The notes under the pieces: generated by a model
What the model saw: the letters and a program-made list of their open reading frames with translations, nothing else
The model's database searches: none
Told to the model about the DNA's origin: nothing
In this document: in pieces, positions 29,290 to 47,764 of the stretch
Position numbering within the stretch: the first letter of the stretch is position 1
Layout: each line of letters opens with the position of its first letter
Source of the DNA: the human T2T-CHM13v2.0 reference genome, Homo sapiens
Reading direction: 5' to 3' (one strand)
DNA: 64,000 nt
NCBI RefSeq assembly: GCF_009914755.1
Contig: NC_060930.1
Made by a program: the position numbers and the translations under genes

Positions 29290-30630
29290 TGGGTTGATTG
29301 ACAGTTTGGTTTTTTCCTCTTTCAGCACTTATATTATGTCATTTCACTGTCTTCTGATGCCTCCATTGTTTCTGATGAGAAGTCATCATTTAAATTATTG
29401 TCATTCTGTTTCTTTGGCTGTTTTCAAGATTTTCTTTTTGGTTTTCAGGAGTTTGACTATCTTGTGCCTATGTGTAGTCTTTGTTTTTTTCTATTCGGGA
29501 TTTGCTGATATTTTAAATCTGTAAATTTATATATTTTACTAACAAAATTTTTAGCCATAATTTCTTCAAATTTTTTTTCTACCTCATTCTTTCTCCCCTT
29601 TCCTTCTGAATCTCCAATTACAAGTATGTTATGATACCTTGCCACAGGTCCCTAAGGTTCTGTTTCTCTCCTCCCCCTCGCCCACAGTCACTTTTTTATT
29701 CATCCTTCAGATTGGATAATTTCTATTGCTTTGTCTTCAAGTTCACTGACTGTCATTTCCCATCCATGGTTAAGTCTACCCAGTGAATTTTTTTCAGTTA
29801 TTTTATTTTTTAGTTCTTAAATTTTTATTTGCTTTATATATGTATAATTTCCATTTCTTTGCTGAGAGTTCCAGGCATATTTGCACTTAAATCCTTCAGC
29901 ATAGTTAAAATAGATGCTTTAAAATACTTATGTGCTAATTCTAGCAGCTGGCTCATCTTGGGCTTTGTGTCCATTGGTTGCCTTTTCTCTTGAGTATGGG
30001 TCAGTTTTTTTCTGTTTATGTGTAACAATTTTGGATTTTATTTAGAACATTATGAATGCCATGTAGAGACTCTGGATTCTGTATTCCTCCAGTGAGTATT
30101 GATGTTTGGTTTGTTATCTGTTTCAAGCCAGATAACTTGACTACACTTAAAGTATAAGCTCTGAAATCGCAGTTCAGTTATTTTAACCTTAGCCTTGCTG
30201 CTTGAATGGAATCTGTCGCACATATGTATAGTTTGGAGATCAAAGATAAATACAGAGTTTATACACAGAATTTAGGGCCTCCTCTCTGTGGTTCTCTCCT
30301 TCCTGTGATTTACTCACTAAGCTTTCAGCTGTTATGATCATGCCATTGTCTGTCCTTTGGTTCATCAAGCAAGTAAGACTGCAGGTTTTTTATCTGAGTG
30401 TTAGCTACCCAAACTAACTGGGACCTGCTCTCTGAGTAAAAGCCATTAAAAAATGGAAAGTTACCCTTGCTGTTTCCTTCTTCCAAGTGCTGACCCCTTT
30501 TTCTTCCCTCCACCAATTTGTTTCTTCCTCCTTCAGGTAGTTTTTTATGCATTTCTACTGTTTATAGTTGTTATTCATGAAAGATTTGGTCTGGTAGGCG
30601 TTACTCAGCCATCACAGGAAGTAGAACCCA
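29290..30630 (-). mobile_element. Ancient L1M 5'/ORF1 relic
   Basis: Minus-strand peptide NILVIGDSEGKGRKNEVEKKFEEIMAKNF resembles the L1 ORF1p RRM start. Confidence 0.7.
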
Positions 30631-30919
30631 TAAAATAAAATTGTACAATTGAAGAATGTTATCATTTGTGTAGGTGATAGTCTTTATTAGAAAAGCAGGC
30701 AAGTATGGTGAGAGATTTCAGTGTATGTTTTAATAATGAAATACGTTGAAATTTGTTTTCATGGTTCATCCTCCTTTAAATAATAAAAATGTCTCAATCA
30801 GACTATTTGCCTCTCCCTCAAATTGTGTATACATTTTTTTTTTTTCAAATCTAGATCATTTGAAATATGTTTTGGAAGCCTTATAGAAGGAAACTATAAA
30901 GAAACCTTATAATAAAATA

Positions 30920-32340
30920 TTCATTTTATTCAACAAATGTGTTGCATCTTCTGTGAGCCAGGAATGATCCAGATCCTGGAGATAGAACAGTGAACTTCAG
31001 AGTCCTTGATCCCATGGGGCTAATGTTTTGGGGATGGAGAGATAATAAAATATATCTCAGGTATTGATACATGTTATGAAATAAAAGCAGTATGAGGGTG
31101 CAATGGTGGGAGATGGGGAAGAGTTATGGCATTATTTAGATAGAGGGATTGGTCAGGGAAACTGTCTCTGAAGAAGTGACATTTGATCAACATTCTTAAT
31201 GACATAAGAGAAGGGAGTTGCAGGTGGATCTAAGGGAAAACTGTTCCAGTAGTAAAGGAGCAGCAAATCCGATAGCCCTAAGGGAAGAACAAGAGTGACT
31301 TCTTTGAGAAATCACCAGACTGCCATTTTGAATTGAGGGAACAAGGAGAGGGTAGAAGATGAAGTTAGCGGGGTGGTAGATAGCCAGGGGCTTTGTTACA
31401 TTGCATTTTGAACAGGGAAAGTGATGACTCTGATTTACTTTTCACAAAGATCACGCCGCTCAGTAAAGAAAATACTGGGGACGGGAAGAAGTGGTATGTT
31501 GGCAAAAAGAAGGAAGGTGGGGAGACCTATTGAGGCCTTTGCAGTAGTAGTCTAGATGAATTATGATGGTGGCTTGGACAAGAGCAGTAACAAGTGGGAA
31601 AAATTGGTTAGATTAAGAATACTTTTTGTATATAAGCCAAGAAGTCTTGATGGTAGATTAGATGTGGGATGAGAGACCAACTGGATGAATGGTGGTACCA
31701 TTTACTGACATGGAAAAGACTGGGAAAGGATTGATTTGGATGGGGGAGGAATTAAGAGTTTGATTTTGGACATACTGAGCTTGAAATAAGTTGATACACA
31801 AAAGGAGATGTCAGTTAGCCAGTTGGATATGTTAGTCTCAAGGAAGAGATTGGAGTTGGAGATAATAATTTGCCAAGCACCAGTATATAGATATTATTTA
31901 AAGCAATATATTTGAATGAAATTACCTTGAAGATGAATGTAGATATAGTTGAAAGGAAACCATAGATCTGAACTCTACCAGCCACCAACATTCAGATGTC
32001 CAGAAAAGGAAAAGGATCCAGCAAAGTAAACTGAGAAGAATCTGCCAGTAAGTAGAAGGAAAGCCAGAAGAGTACAAACCTCAGAAGCCACATGAAGAAA
32101 TTGTTTAAAGAATGAGGGAGTAGTGGTTGAATGGGTCCTGAGCTACAGAGAGATCTAGTAAGTTGAGGACTGAGAACTCACCATTGGGTTTCATAAACTG
32201 AAAGTGTATAGTGGCTTTGATAAGTGTAGTTTCAGTGGAGAAAAACTATGAAAGCCTGAGTGGGGTAGGTTAAAAGAGATTAGAAGGGAGGGAGAAAGTG
32301 AAGACACTTACGTATAAACAACCCTTTCCAGGAGTTTTAG
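30920..32340 (-). mobile_element. L2 fragment
   Basis: Begins with the L2 3' terminus (attcaacaaat..ttg..tctgtgagccagg); purine-rich L2 body. Confidence 0.75.
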
Positions 32341-32522
32341 CCCAAAATTGGGGGAAGAGGGAGAAATGAGCTGATAGAGAGGAGTCAAGGAAGGCTTCCT
32401 TAAAATGAGCAGTTCTATAGCATGATTGTCGCCACTTAAATTATTTTAAATGTCCTTTACTCATTTCTAGTACTTTCTCTCCTGCAACCCATTTATAGAA
32501 ACACTACTTTTGAATGCGAAAA

Positions 32523-32525
<3 letters not shown>

Positions 32526-32566
<41 letters not shown>
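32526..32566. repeat. (TG)~20 microsatellite
   Basis: Direct reading. Confidence 0.97.
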
Positions 32567-32569
<3 letters not shown>

Positions 32570-33795
32570 ACACAGAAATACTTTTGGAAAATCTACAATG
32601 CAAATAACTTGATGTTGGCAGTGATTTTATCCATGAGATGTAACTAAGCTAAAGCCACATAGATAAAATAATTAAGTACAATTTAATCAAGTGATGATAA
32701 AAAACTAAAAGGCTTATTACTATATAAGTGAGCGCTTATTTTATTGAGCACTGAGGAGTTCTATAAATCTACTCAAAACTATTTTAAATATCTACTCTTA
32801 TGCTGAAGACTGTTTATAAAATGCTAGATATACAATAATAAAAGAGACCCAATTTCTACATTCATGAATATATAGACCTGTATTTTTAGGCTTATGTTAA
32901 CGAGGTTAAAAAGAGAAATACCACAAATAAGAAATTAGTTTTAAAGAGATTGTCTTCTTATGAAATTTGTCCTAATGAAAGGTATTTTCAAATAGCATGA
33001 TTTTAAATGTCTTAATATTTTATTTAGGTTAATGTACTTATCTCCTATTTATATCCCCAAAAGATTTTTCAACATTAAACATGGTTTACCTTAGAAACAA
33101 TAGGAATAAAAATAAGGTGGGTAGTTTTCAACTTCGACCACACATTAGAATCACCTTGGGATCTTTTAAAACTCCATATGCCCAGGCTGCTCACTCCTCA
33201 GCCAATTAAATCAAACCCCTTGGGAAATATTAGTATTTTAAAAATACTGATTTAATAGAAGCAGAGGGAATAAAATGCTACTAAGCTCCTAAGAATGAAT
33301 TGATTGTGCATTTAAGGATTAAGTATATTTGAAAGATAAAGCAAAATATTGAATGCATTGGGTTTTGAATCATTAAGTTTTAGACAAAACGGAGTCATTT
33401 GTAGTACCAAATTTTTTCAGTATCCAAACTTTAAGAATTTAGATTACTCACCTTGGGATAATCATTAAGAAAAAAATCAGTGATACTATTTCTTCTCCCT
33501 TTTTAAAAGAATCTGGGAAGACAACCTTGAAAGTAATTTCTTACTTGAATGCTTTTTGGCTCAGCCATTATAGAGCATATAAATACATAAGAGTTAGACA
33601 GTATGAAAGTTTACCATCAGAGTTTATACTAAAAAGATAGTATAACTATATGGAAAGCATTTTAGGTCTAAATATTTTTATAGTTTATAATGTTAAGTGC
33701 TAAAGCACATATTCTTTTGTACTGAAATTTTAAATCCACAACAATATTCCTTCTATAATCAGTTCTCATTAAAATTTTTTTTCTTTCTTTCACAG

Positions 33796-33998
<203 letters not shown>

Positions 33999-34670
33999 TG
34001 ATTTCTGAATTTGTTAATACAAACCTGGTATTTTTTTAAACATTGGAAGAAAAACTCTTTTAGGTTATCTTCTTGTTGGTGTTAGTGTATTATGATGAAA
34101 AGAGATAAGCTTTGGTGTCTGATAGTCATGTGGCCTTTGGCAAGATGGAGCTTTCTGTACCCATCTGTAGTATGGATAATACTTGACTTGTAGAGTAGAT
34201 GTGAGAGTTAAATGAGATCTGAATGTAAAGCATTGATAATATCTGTACTTACTAGACATGAGCTTTCTTAACTTTTCTCCCACCTGTTCTGCCAGGAGAG
34301 CTAATTTCAGATCTTAGTATGAAAGTGAGAAAAATGATTAAAGAGTCAGGAAACTTGGGTTATAATCCTAAATGGGCACCCCAAGCATATCTGATAAAGA
34401 ATATGCCCTCTGTGCTTTAGGTTTTTTTAATCTGTAAAATAAAAGAGTTTGACTAGACAATGCCTAAGGTCCCAATTCCAAATGGGGGAAAAAAGTCTGT
34501 TTTTATATTTTTAAATTTAATTTGTAAGTTTTCCAATTAGTATCACCCTCTAATTTGTACATTGTTCTTAGTATACACAGTTTTGGAAATTTACAATTCC
34601 AAATATTGAGTGATAGTTGTGCCTTTCTATTTTATTAAACTGGAAATCTTTGTATCAGAAATGTATTTGG

Positions 34671-34976
34671 GGCCATGTGCTGTGACTCACTCCTGTAATC
34701 CCAGCACTTTGGGAGGTTGAGGCGGGTGGATTGCTTAAGGCCAGGAGTTCAAGAGCAGCCTGGCCAACATGGCAAAACCCTGTCTCTAATGAAAATACCA
34801 AAATTAGCCAGGTGTGGCAGCCCACACCTGTGGTCCCAGCTACTCAGAAGACTGAAGCATGAGAATTGCTTGAACCCAGGAGGCAGAGGTTGCGGTGAGC
34901 TGGGATCGCGCCACTACACTCCAGCCTGGGAAACAGAGAGAGACCCTATCTCAAAAAAAAAAAAAAAAAAAAAAAA
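34671..34976 (+). mobile_element. Alu (old S/J)
   Basis: Full dimer with A-tail. Confidence 0.93.
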
Positions 34977-37679
34977 GTATCCGGGGCTCAGTCAAGCATA
35001 TTTACTCTTGAAGTGATTTTTAAAGTTTGAAATTATATGAAATTTTTATCAAATCTGTAATTTATAATAATGACTACATTTTGTTCACACCCTTATCACC
35101 ATTATCACCTTTTAATTGGTCTACCTGCCTTTACCTAACCCAGTTTTGGTCTCTCCAATCTATCCTCTTCTGCCAGAGTGCAGAGCTGTTCACACACTTA
35201 AAACCTGTTGATTGTTCCCTGTGCCCTTCTGAATGAAGCTCATATAGCTTGACTAGGGCATACAAGGTCTGTGATCTGGAATCCTGGCTGTTTCTACACC
35301 CTGATCTTTGTCCAGTCCTTCCTGTTCATACCCTATGTTCTGGTCATCCTGAGCTGCATGGAATTCTCCCACCAGCAATGCCTTTTCTTATAGTATAATG
35401 GTTAAGAGCATATCTTTTGGTGATAAACCAAACTGAGTTCAAGTTTTGACAGTTGCTAGCAGTAACTTAATTAACTTCTCTGACCCTCATTTTCTGACTT
35501 TCATTTCCTCCACTGTACAGTGGGAATAAAAAAAACTACACAGAGAGTTAAATTTGACAATGTAGATAAAACAACCAGTAGGGTAACTGATTCATAGTGA
35601 GTATTCAATAAATGTTAGCAGCCAATACTAAAAGGAATAACAACAGCAGAAAGCCCATAAGGTATATTTGGTAAATGAATCAGTAGTTTACATTTGTTAA
35701 TATAAAATGTGAAAAAAAAATGAGAGAATAAAAACATGTAATAAAGATGGAGTCAGAAGTTAAAAGAAAGTGTGGGAAAGGAGCGGAGATAGTGGGGAAA
35801 AATAGTCTCCCCCCTAGAACCCAAGTAACTTCTCCCTAACTTTTCAAGTAAAAGAGAATTTTGTGGTAAAATAAAGCTATGCTGTTGAGTAGGTTATTAA
35901 AAAACTAACAGAAAGATACTGTAAGTTCTTTGATAAATTTCTGTAGACTTCGTATTGAAAGAACTGTCCAGAGCATTTCCCTACATATAGTACAGGTATA
36001 GAGATTTTGAAATACCCTAACTGGGAGTAAAACATAGAGCCTTTTGTAGAATTACTTTAAAATATTTTCAAAAAAAAAATAGAGCACTCTAATGTACTCT
36101 TACAGTATAATCTCTGGTATGTGTTAAGAAAAACAAGATGCAGAGCAGAGTATATAGACAGAGCAAGACAAATAAATATTTACACATCCATGTATTTGTC
36201 TCTGTTTGCATAAAGAAATACTGGAAGAATTAAAAACAAAATTAATAAAAGATGTTTATCCATGGTAGGCCAGAGGGAACAGGCCTGATGGGACAGAGTT
36301 AGGACTCAGACTTCTCAACAGGTATCTTTTTTTTATTGTTTTAATCTGTGTTAATAAATTACCTATTTAAAAATAAAATAATTAAGCTTTAACCCAAAAA
36401 TAAAAAATGAATGGTTTTCCGTTTCCTTTGGGCATCTAGTAATATCACCTTCCCTATGTTAATCTGGCTTTACAAAAGCAAACTCCTCTACTTAGCATGC
36501 TTCCCAACACCTGGTGTTAATGAAAATGAAATAATTTGCTTGCCTGAAACAGACCACACTTTTTAAAAGTGAGTTGATAATAATTTAGGGTATCCAGGTA
36601 ATGTACTTTTTAGCTGATATAACAAGAAATCTGACAAGAAAGGAATAGGAAGAGCTCCTTCCTCTGTGGTTTCAGCTGGGGTGCAAGTTTTCCCAAATTT
36701 AGAGCAATATTTTTAAACGGGCAAATTAAGCTACCTCTAAATGACAGCGTCTCTTTTGGGGCTGCTCTTCCTTTCTCAGTTGGGTGGGTTTCTGTTCTTT
36801 TGACAGATCCTTCCTGCAGTATACTGGTTCAGAACTTTTTAAAATTAGTAAAGGATCATGCCATGCTACCAATTCTGTGTACCTGTTCTTTTTAAACATC
36901 TTGCTTGTCAGGGAGAGAACAAAAGTGTCTATCCTCTTTTCTCTTAAGTTTATCTGTTGCACAGTTCCCTCTTTTTGGAACTACTCATATCTTTTCCTTC
37001 TGCTGTGAATTCTGTAAGATAACTTATAACCAGCAGGTGTAATTTATATCTTTAAAGTTGATTTTTATATTTGGTAATTAAATCTGAAAACTTAGAAGAA
37101 TGTGAAAATATTGCATAGTTTTCACTTTGGTTTTTTAACTTAATTTTTTACCGTTTTTAAATTCTCTTAACATGACGATTGAATCTGTAAGTTTAAAATT
37201 GGTATTTCTTTTCAAAGTACTGCATTAAGTATTTTTCATTCAGTATATGCAACACTTAATATTTAAGTGCCATGTACTTAGTGGAACCTTCTCAGATGAC
37301 CTTCACCCATTGTCCTTATCCATATTTCTATGATAACACCTACCATACTGCATTTCATTTGTGTTCACATTATTCTCCTCCACTAGACTGAGATTCTTGC
37401 GATCAGCGATCATATTCCTTTCTCCTTGCTAATGAATGCTCAGTAAATGTTGGTTAAAGGAGTGAATGAATGCCATAGGGTATATATGCTTTGATACTAT
37501 CTGTAATTTCTGTGTCTGTGCAGGAGTTTGGGGAAAAATGAAAGAGGAACTGGAATTAATGATTCAGACCTTTTTATAGCTTTGAGGAGAATGCAGATTT
37601 GTGGCTGTATACCAAAAAGCAGTGATTTTCCACCTTCTAAAAACTCATATCCCACCCCTTTTGATACACTTCAAGAGAG

Positions 37680-39190
37680 TCTTCTACCCTTTCTCACTAA
37701 AAGTAACCAGGGCTGCTTTGAGAAATGGCTGATTGCAAGTCTGGAGTAGATGTACATGATAAGCTAGAACATCTTGTCATATCAGAAAGCAGAGAAGCTT
37801 TGAAAAACTACTGGATTCATGTCGTATACCGAGGAGCCAACTTGAAGCTGTTCCCAGTAACTTGAAGAGGGGACATAATGACCAAAACTGATTGAAACAC
37901 ATCAAAATATTAAAGACACATGAGTTTATAATGATACTAAAAATAAATCATAGTCACCTTTGGAGGTTGCTAGGGACCAAATTTGTTACTCTGAAAACTA
38001 GTGAAAAGAATTTTTTTATCCTGCCTCTTCTGTGCAGAATGTAACCAAATAGTTGAAGAGAGCAAGCATTCAAGGAAGAATTGCTGCTAAGAACGAAGAT
38101 GAAATCCATTTTATGTTTTTTGGAGACTGGGTCTCGCTCTCACCCAGGCTGGAATGCAGCAGTGGGATGATCATGGCTTACTGCAGCCTCAACCTCCTGG
38201 GTTCAAGTGCTCCTGCTACTTCAGCCTTCTGAGTAGCTGGGGCTGCAGGTGTCCTACTCTACCTGGCTAATTAAAAACAAGATTTTTTTTTAGAGACAGG
38301 GTCTCACTATGTTGCCCAGTCTGGTGTCAAACTCCTGGGCCCAGCGATCATCCCGCCTTGGCCTCCCAAAACGCTGGGATTACAGGGGTGAGCCACTGCG
38401 CCTGGCCAAAATCTTATAATTGGGACATTCCAGTATTACTGTTTAGCACCCCTAATGAAATAGTGTTTCTAAGCAGTGATCATCAATAGCTGCTAAAAAT
38501 CATCAGTTGGATCAAGCTGACAACATCTGAATCTACCAGTTGGTTTTAAAATCACAAAAAGACAGGCAAACATTGCTGTGTCTCCTTGTATGATTTGACA
38601 GTGGATGTCTGTGATGGTCACCAAAAATTCAAACATGGACTTCATCACATCCCTAGATATAACTACTAGTTTACAATGAAATGCAGGGGAAATTGATTGA
38701 CCACGGGGTGCAGTCCAGAATAGGGGAAATTCTACTACACAAATACCAAGTTTTCTCAACAAACAAATGGCTAGAAAAAATTTTAAAAGAGGGGAGGGGC
38801 TGGTTATTAGAAGAAACCTAAAAGGCTTATCAGCCAAATGAAATATGTAGGCCTTATTTAGATCCTGATTTAAACTAACTGTACAAAGACATTTTTATGC
38901 TTTAATTTAGTGCTACTTGAATATTAGGTGATGCTAAGAATTGATTATTTTAAGGTATGATCATGGCATTGTGGTTATGTTTTTAAGTCCTGTCTCTTAC
39001 AGTACATATTGAAGTATTTACAAATCAAAACGAGATAATGTCTGAGACTTCATCTAGTTTGGTAGGGGGAGTAGCTGAGGCATATACATCAAACGAACAA
39101 AGATGGGTGATAAGTATGTGGGAGTTTATCATATTTCCTCTCTCTTTTATATATGTTTAAAATTTTCTAAAATAAAAATTTTAATAAAAA
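37680..39190 (+). mobile_element. L1MC-like 3' end relic interrupted by an antisense AluJ (38109-38407)
   Basis: L1MC 3'UTR-like motifs (accagggct.ctt.gagaaatggctgatt; ggcattgtggttatgttttt); Alu is unambiguous. Confidence 0.65.
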
Positions 39191-40755
39191 GTACATTTCC
39201 TTTTGTCCTAATGTAACCTTATAAAACCCCTGTAAGTTCTTTTATGTTTTGCTATTAAGAAAGTAATGTCTGTAGAGTGTAAATAATTTGAGTGCACATA
39301 AATTATGGCATAACTGAGCTAGAATATTGCTTTTTGATATGAACATATTGAATAATTACAGAGATTACAAAGGATTAAAGGAATTTTTGAGCGCTCAAGA
39401 GAATTAAAGAGGAAGGCTAAATATGAGTATCAAGCTTTTACAAAGGAAATGTGGAATTGGATTTGGTAGGGAATGTAAATTTTAAATTGAGAATGATGAC
39501 AGAGAGGAGGTGAGAGGAAGATAAACTCTCTGAGCTTTGGCTTAGAAGGAAGAAGAATTTACTTGGAATGGCAATAAATTTAACTTAAAGCAAAAAGGGC
39601 CAATCAGGTTTGGCAAAAGATAAGATCTAATTATAATAGGAATCGTTGATAAAGATTGTGATCAGTTTTTCAACTTTATTTGAAAAATTAGTATGTATCA
39701 ATTAAGAGTTATTAGTAGGATAAAAGGATTTTTCTACCATGAGAGGTTTAAGTTGTTGGTTTTAGGAAGGGGGAAGTCAAACCTTGCTCACTATCCTTTT
39801 ATATTACCTGTTGAAACAATGTGAACTGTCATTTCCTTAACAAGGCATCAAGATGGCTTTTTAGTCCACTTCTTTCTTAATATGATTTTTATCTCATATC
39901 AAACTGCCTGTGGACATTTTAACTTGGTTATTCATCTTTCTTAAGTCTAAAACTCTCCTTTCTGTCAGGTTCTTAATCTTCCAGGCTTATTTGAATTGTT
40001 TCTCTCTTGTGGCCAAATTGTGTTGACAATTTATATTATTTTAAAATTTATTTCCATTATCAAACTCTCGTTACTTTGTGTCTTCTAACTGCTCATCTTG
40101 CCAAAGGTTTTTCATCTTTTTATTCATCTTAAGTATCAATAGACTTCTCTTCCCTGAATACCCTTTGTGTCTTTACTTCTCTGTTCATCCACTTTCAGTA
40201 GCTCTCCTCATTGCTTATAATACAGTCAAACTCTAGCGTGACTTATTTTTCAAAACTCCTTTGTTATTTAATTCCAATCTGCTTTTGCAACAATTTGTTC
40301 AACAACATTTTCAGTACAAATATTTAGCTCCAGCCAGATCTGTTCCAGCCATCTTGTTTGGAACATGCTTTTACTTAACTCTCACCTTTATATTCTTCTT
40401 TACTCGTGCCATTCTCTTCACCAAGAATTGTTGTTGTTGTCGTTGTTGTTGTTCAAGTTCTACATATTCTATGAAAACCATCAGGCCATACCTTCCTCAT
40501 TAACTCAGTCCTTTCTTCGGTAGCCTACAATATTAATTCTCTATTGAACTTCATTACCACTTAATATTTGGCATGTACTCATGTTACCTTTTCAGAAATC
40601 TGTGGTTTGTCTCCCTTTCTAGGGGAAAAGTTTGGTTTTATATGTCTTTGATTCTTCCACAGGCTCACAGTGCTATGCATATAGTATGTGTTTGGCAAAC
40701 ATTTTCGTGGATGATTTATGACTACTGGTTAGTTAGTATCTTTTGAGAATTCTTT

Positions 40756-41428
<673 letters not shown>

Positions 41429-41898
41429 TTTTTAAACATTTATTAGTTTAAACAAATGTGTATAGCACTTGATACATTGTGCTATATATCAAACATTGAT
41501 AGAATATTTTTCCATTTAGCTTTTTAAAAAATGTTTGATTATACAGTATTATATACTTAAGTTGAATGATTATATTTTGTTCAACATTAAAATTGCCTTT
41601 TTAATTAGGTTATAATTTTACTATATCTGTCTGAATCCATTTTACTCCTCTTATCCATTGTAGCTGCTAAAGTGGAACAATGATTTGATTCACTTTGTTA
41701 GAGAGAGCTTTTCCATTACATTAGTAGTGAGGATTTTTAATTCAATCATTTGCATAAAAATACTTCTCAAATTTAAATATCCAAATATATGTTATAATTG
41801 TATTAGCCAGTCACTTGGTAATCATGTATTTGTAGAGATGCAAATATAAGCATTCGCTTCTGATTGTTAACATCAATCAATTTATTTTGTTTTCATAG

Positions 41899-43629
<1,731 letters not shown>

Positions 43630-43786
43630 TAACCAAATCTGGTTAGTTGGTTTGTTAATGTTTATAACACTTTCTTTTCAGTTAATGTTATACCTGTGGT
43701 GATGCTGACTTTCTCTTTAAATTTTCTGTAAATAAAAATTCCTAGAAATAACGTTTTAATAAGCAACTAGTTGACTCTCTTGACTA

Positions 43787-44132
<346 letters not shown>

Positions 44133-44841
44133 AAATTCTTCATTTTTCTAATACAACATTTTAGTCTTATTTTATATTAAGTCTATTACTGCGTAAGTAT
44201 TAGAATAATTTACTTCAAAGAGAAGTTTGAATCTTGTTCCTGATATTTGTCCCTTTTATTCTCCCTTAAATGTTGGTTATTATATTTCTTTTTACATGGA
44301 ATTATAAGGACATTATTTTCAAATCTTTCAATTGATTATCCTTTTCTGAAATAGACTATTTGATATTGGCATACTACATTATGTCTATATTAATTCAAAT
44401 AGAGAAATTTCTGTCATATGTTTTATCTAACCTCTTAAGTTACATAATTTTCAGTAGGACTGTTAAATAAATACATTTAGATAAGAAGGTGGAGGTTATT
44501 CATTTTCTTGAATATTTATGCCAGTTTGTAGATGAACTGAGCCTTTTAGAGTAAGGGCATATCTTAGTCATATATGTATCTGCAGTGAATCATTTCATGT
44601 ATCAGCTGTAGGTTGGAAAATACTATAACATCACCCTCAGGCAGCATGCAGCCCCTACTGTCACTAATATCCTCATCCTTTTTTACATTTCTGATACAGT
44701 GATTTTACTGCTGAGTCTCTTAGGGGGTCCTAATTGCTTTGCCTTATTTTATGTTTTAAACAGCTACACTAGTGATTCTTAGTCCAAGCTGGGTTGTGGT
44801 CCTTTCGAATTCCAGTATCATTCATGGAGCTTTAAAAAATC

Positions 44842-44986
44842 AGCTGGGCACAGTGGCACCCGCCTGTAGTACCAGCTTCTCAGAAGCTAAAGTGGGAGGA
44901 CTGCTTGAGCCCAGAAGTTTGAGGTTGCAGGGCACCACTGCACTCCAGCGTGGGCAACATATCGAGATCCCTATCTCAAAAATAAA
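44842..44986 (+). mobile_element. Alu monomer (FLAM/FRAM-like)
   Basis: Single degenerate Alu arm with short A-tail. Confidence 0.8.
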
Positions 44987-45450
44987 GTACGCAGGGCTCT
45001 GCCCAAACTTAAGTAAAGTGAATCCTAGGTATGCGTGTGCATGTATTTGTGTGTGTGCATTTTAGGGGTACATGAGTGATTTCAATTGCCCTAGAAATTG
45101 TGTTAAAACTTTTATTTTCCATATATCTGTGATTAACTACAACCATTTTTGTTTAGTTTCAGCAGTTTATAAATGTTATATGCTATTATTTTTTCCACTT
45201 ACAACTTAATTCTCCTCTTCTCCCAAAGTCACCTTCTCTTCCTGTCCTTCCATCAAAACATCAGGTTTCCTATGGTTGGATAGTTGCTGATTCTTAAGTA
45301 GCAAATTTTTTATGAAGATAATTTGATAAGGGAAATTTTCAAGTAAAGTAGGCATTCATATTTAGTGATATTAAAAAGATATTCATGTTTAACTAGAATG
45401 TGAAAATAAAGTGTTTCTTAAACTTGCTATCTTCAATTCCCCTCCTATTC

Positions 45451-45753
45451 TTTTTTTTTTTTTTTTTTTTTTTGGGACAGGGTCTCGCTCTTTCGTCCAA
45501 ATTGGAGTGCAGTGGCATGTTCACAGCTCACTTCAGCCTCAACCTCCTGGGCTCAAGTGATCCTCCCACTTTAGCCTCCCTAGTAGCTGGACTACAGGTA
45601 CACACCACCACATCCAGCTAACTTTTTGTATTTTTTTGCAGACAGGGTCTCCCTATGTTGCCCAGGCTGGTCTTGAACCCCTGGGCTCAAGAGATCTGCC
45701 TGTCTCAGTCTCCCAAAGTGCTAGGATTACAGGCGTGACCTCCACACCTGGCC
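45451..45753 (-). mobile_element. AluJ
   Basis: Antisense dimer with poly-T. Confidence 0.93.
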
Positions 45754-46197
45754 TGTGACTTCTTACTTCCCCCATCATCACTACTGTGGTCTCAGCAATC
45801 ATCACCTTTCAAATGGATTATTGCAGTGACCTACCCATTCTCGTCCTTGCCTCCTTGCAGTCTTCTTTCAACTCAGCATCCAGGGAGATACTGTTAAAAA
45901 TATGCATCAGATCATATCACTTCTCTGCACATGATCACTATCTATTGCACTCAGAATAAAAGCTATGAAGCCCTACAGGATGAGCAGCTTCTCCCCCCAG
46001 CTCTTTTCCTTTTGCTTACCACCTGCTCACTGTGTTCCAGCCCTCCTGGCCTTCTTACTCTCTTCCTTAAACATAGAAGGCAAACTTTAGGGCCCTTTTA
46101 TTTGCACTAGTATTATTTTTTAGACTAAAACATTGAAGAACAGATAGATTAAGTAACTTGTCAAAGGACAAGTGGCAGAGTCAAAATTCTAACTAGA

Positions 46198-46498
<301 letters not shown>

Positions 46499-46753
46499 CT
46501 AGGAAGTTAGAGAAGCCCACAATGTTAACCACTATCATATAATGTCTTTCTTTCCAGATTTTCATAATAAACCCTCTGGAAAGATATTTTAAGTGTATCT
46601 TGTAGCTTCACTTATAGCCCATGGTACAACACTGTGGGGGCCACATGTGCCTCAATTTGAGAGGGATGTAGCTAAAAAACCATTAATTAAAAAAAGGCAA
46701 CCATAGGGAAAGATAACACAGTAAATAGATAACAACAAGTAGAAATAACTTAA

Positions 46754-47070
46754 GGCTGGGCATGGTGGCTCATGCCTGAAATCCCAGCACTTTGGAAGAC
46801 CGAGGCGGGTGGATCACAAGGTCAAAAGATCAAGACCATGCTGGCCAACATGGTGAAACAACATGGTATCTACTAAAAATACAAAAATTAGCTGGGTGTG
46901 GTGGCGTGCACCTGTAGTCCTAGCTACTCAGGAGGCTGAGGCAGGAGAATTGCTTGAACCTGGGAGGCAGTGGTTGCAGTGAGCCAAGTTTGTACCACTG
47001 CACTTCAGCCTGGCAACAGAGTGAGATTCCGTCTCAAAAAAATAAAGAAGAAAAAAAAAGGAAAGAAAGA
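46754..47070 (+). mobile_element. AluSc-like
   Basis: Full dimer with decayed A-tail. Confidence 0.93.
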
Positions 47071-47442
47071 ACTCTAAACAATAAAGTAACACCCTGGATA
47101 GAAGTAGAGAGCACTTTCAGAGGACACCTGAAAGTAAAAATAAAAAAACTTTCTGATGAGAGAAGTCTGTGGTTTGAGAGCTTAAATTAAAGCCTACCAA
47201 GAAAGCAGGTTTCTCCAGAATCTGCCCCTCAAATTGCTTAACAGCCTTCGGACAGCTCTAACAACCTTGATAGAGGTTAAAGCTCTAACAACCTTTAAAC
47301 ATACCTACATACATACAGAATTTTATAACATTTGTTTGACTACATAGTTTTGCATTATCTGTGTGTGCACACTGTTTTGGGATTGGTACTGTTCTCCAAC
47401 TTTTCTTCTCCTTGTTTCTGTTTACTATGGAACTGGTATTGA

Positions 47443-47764
<322 letters not shown>
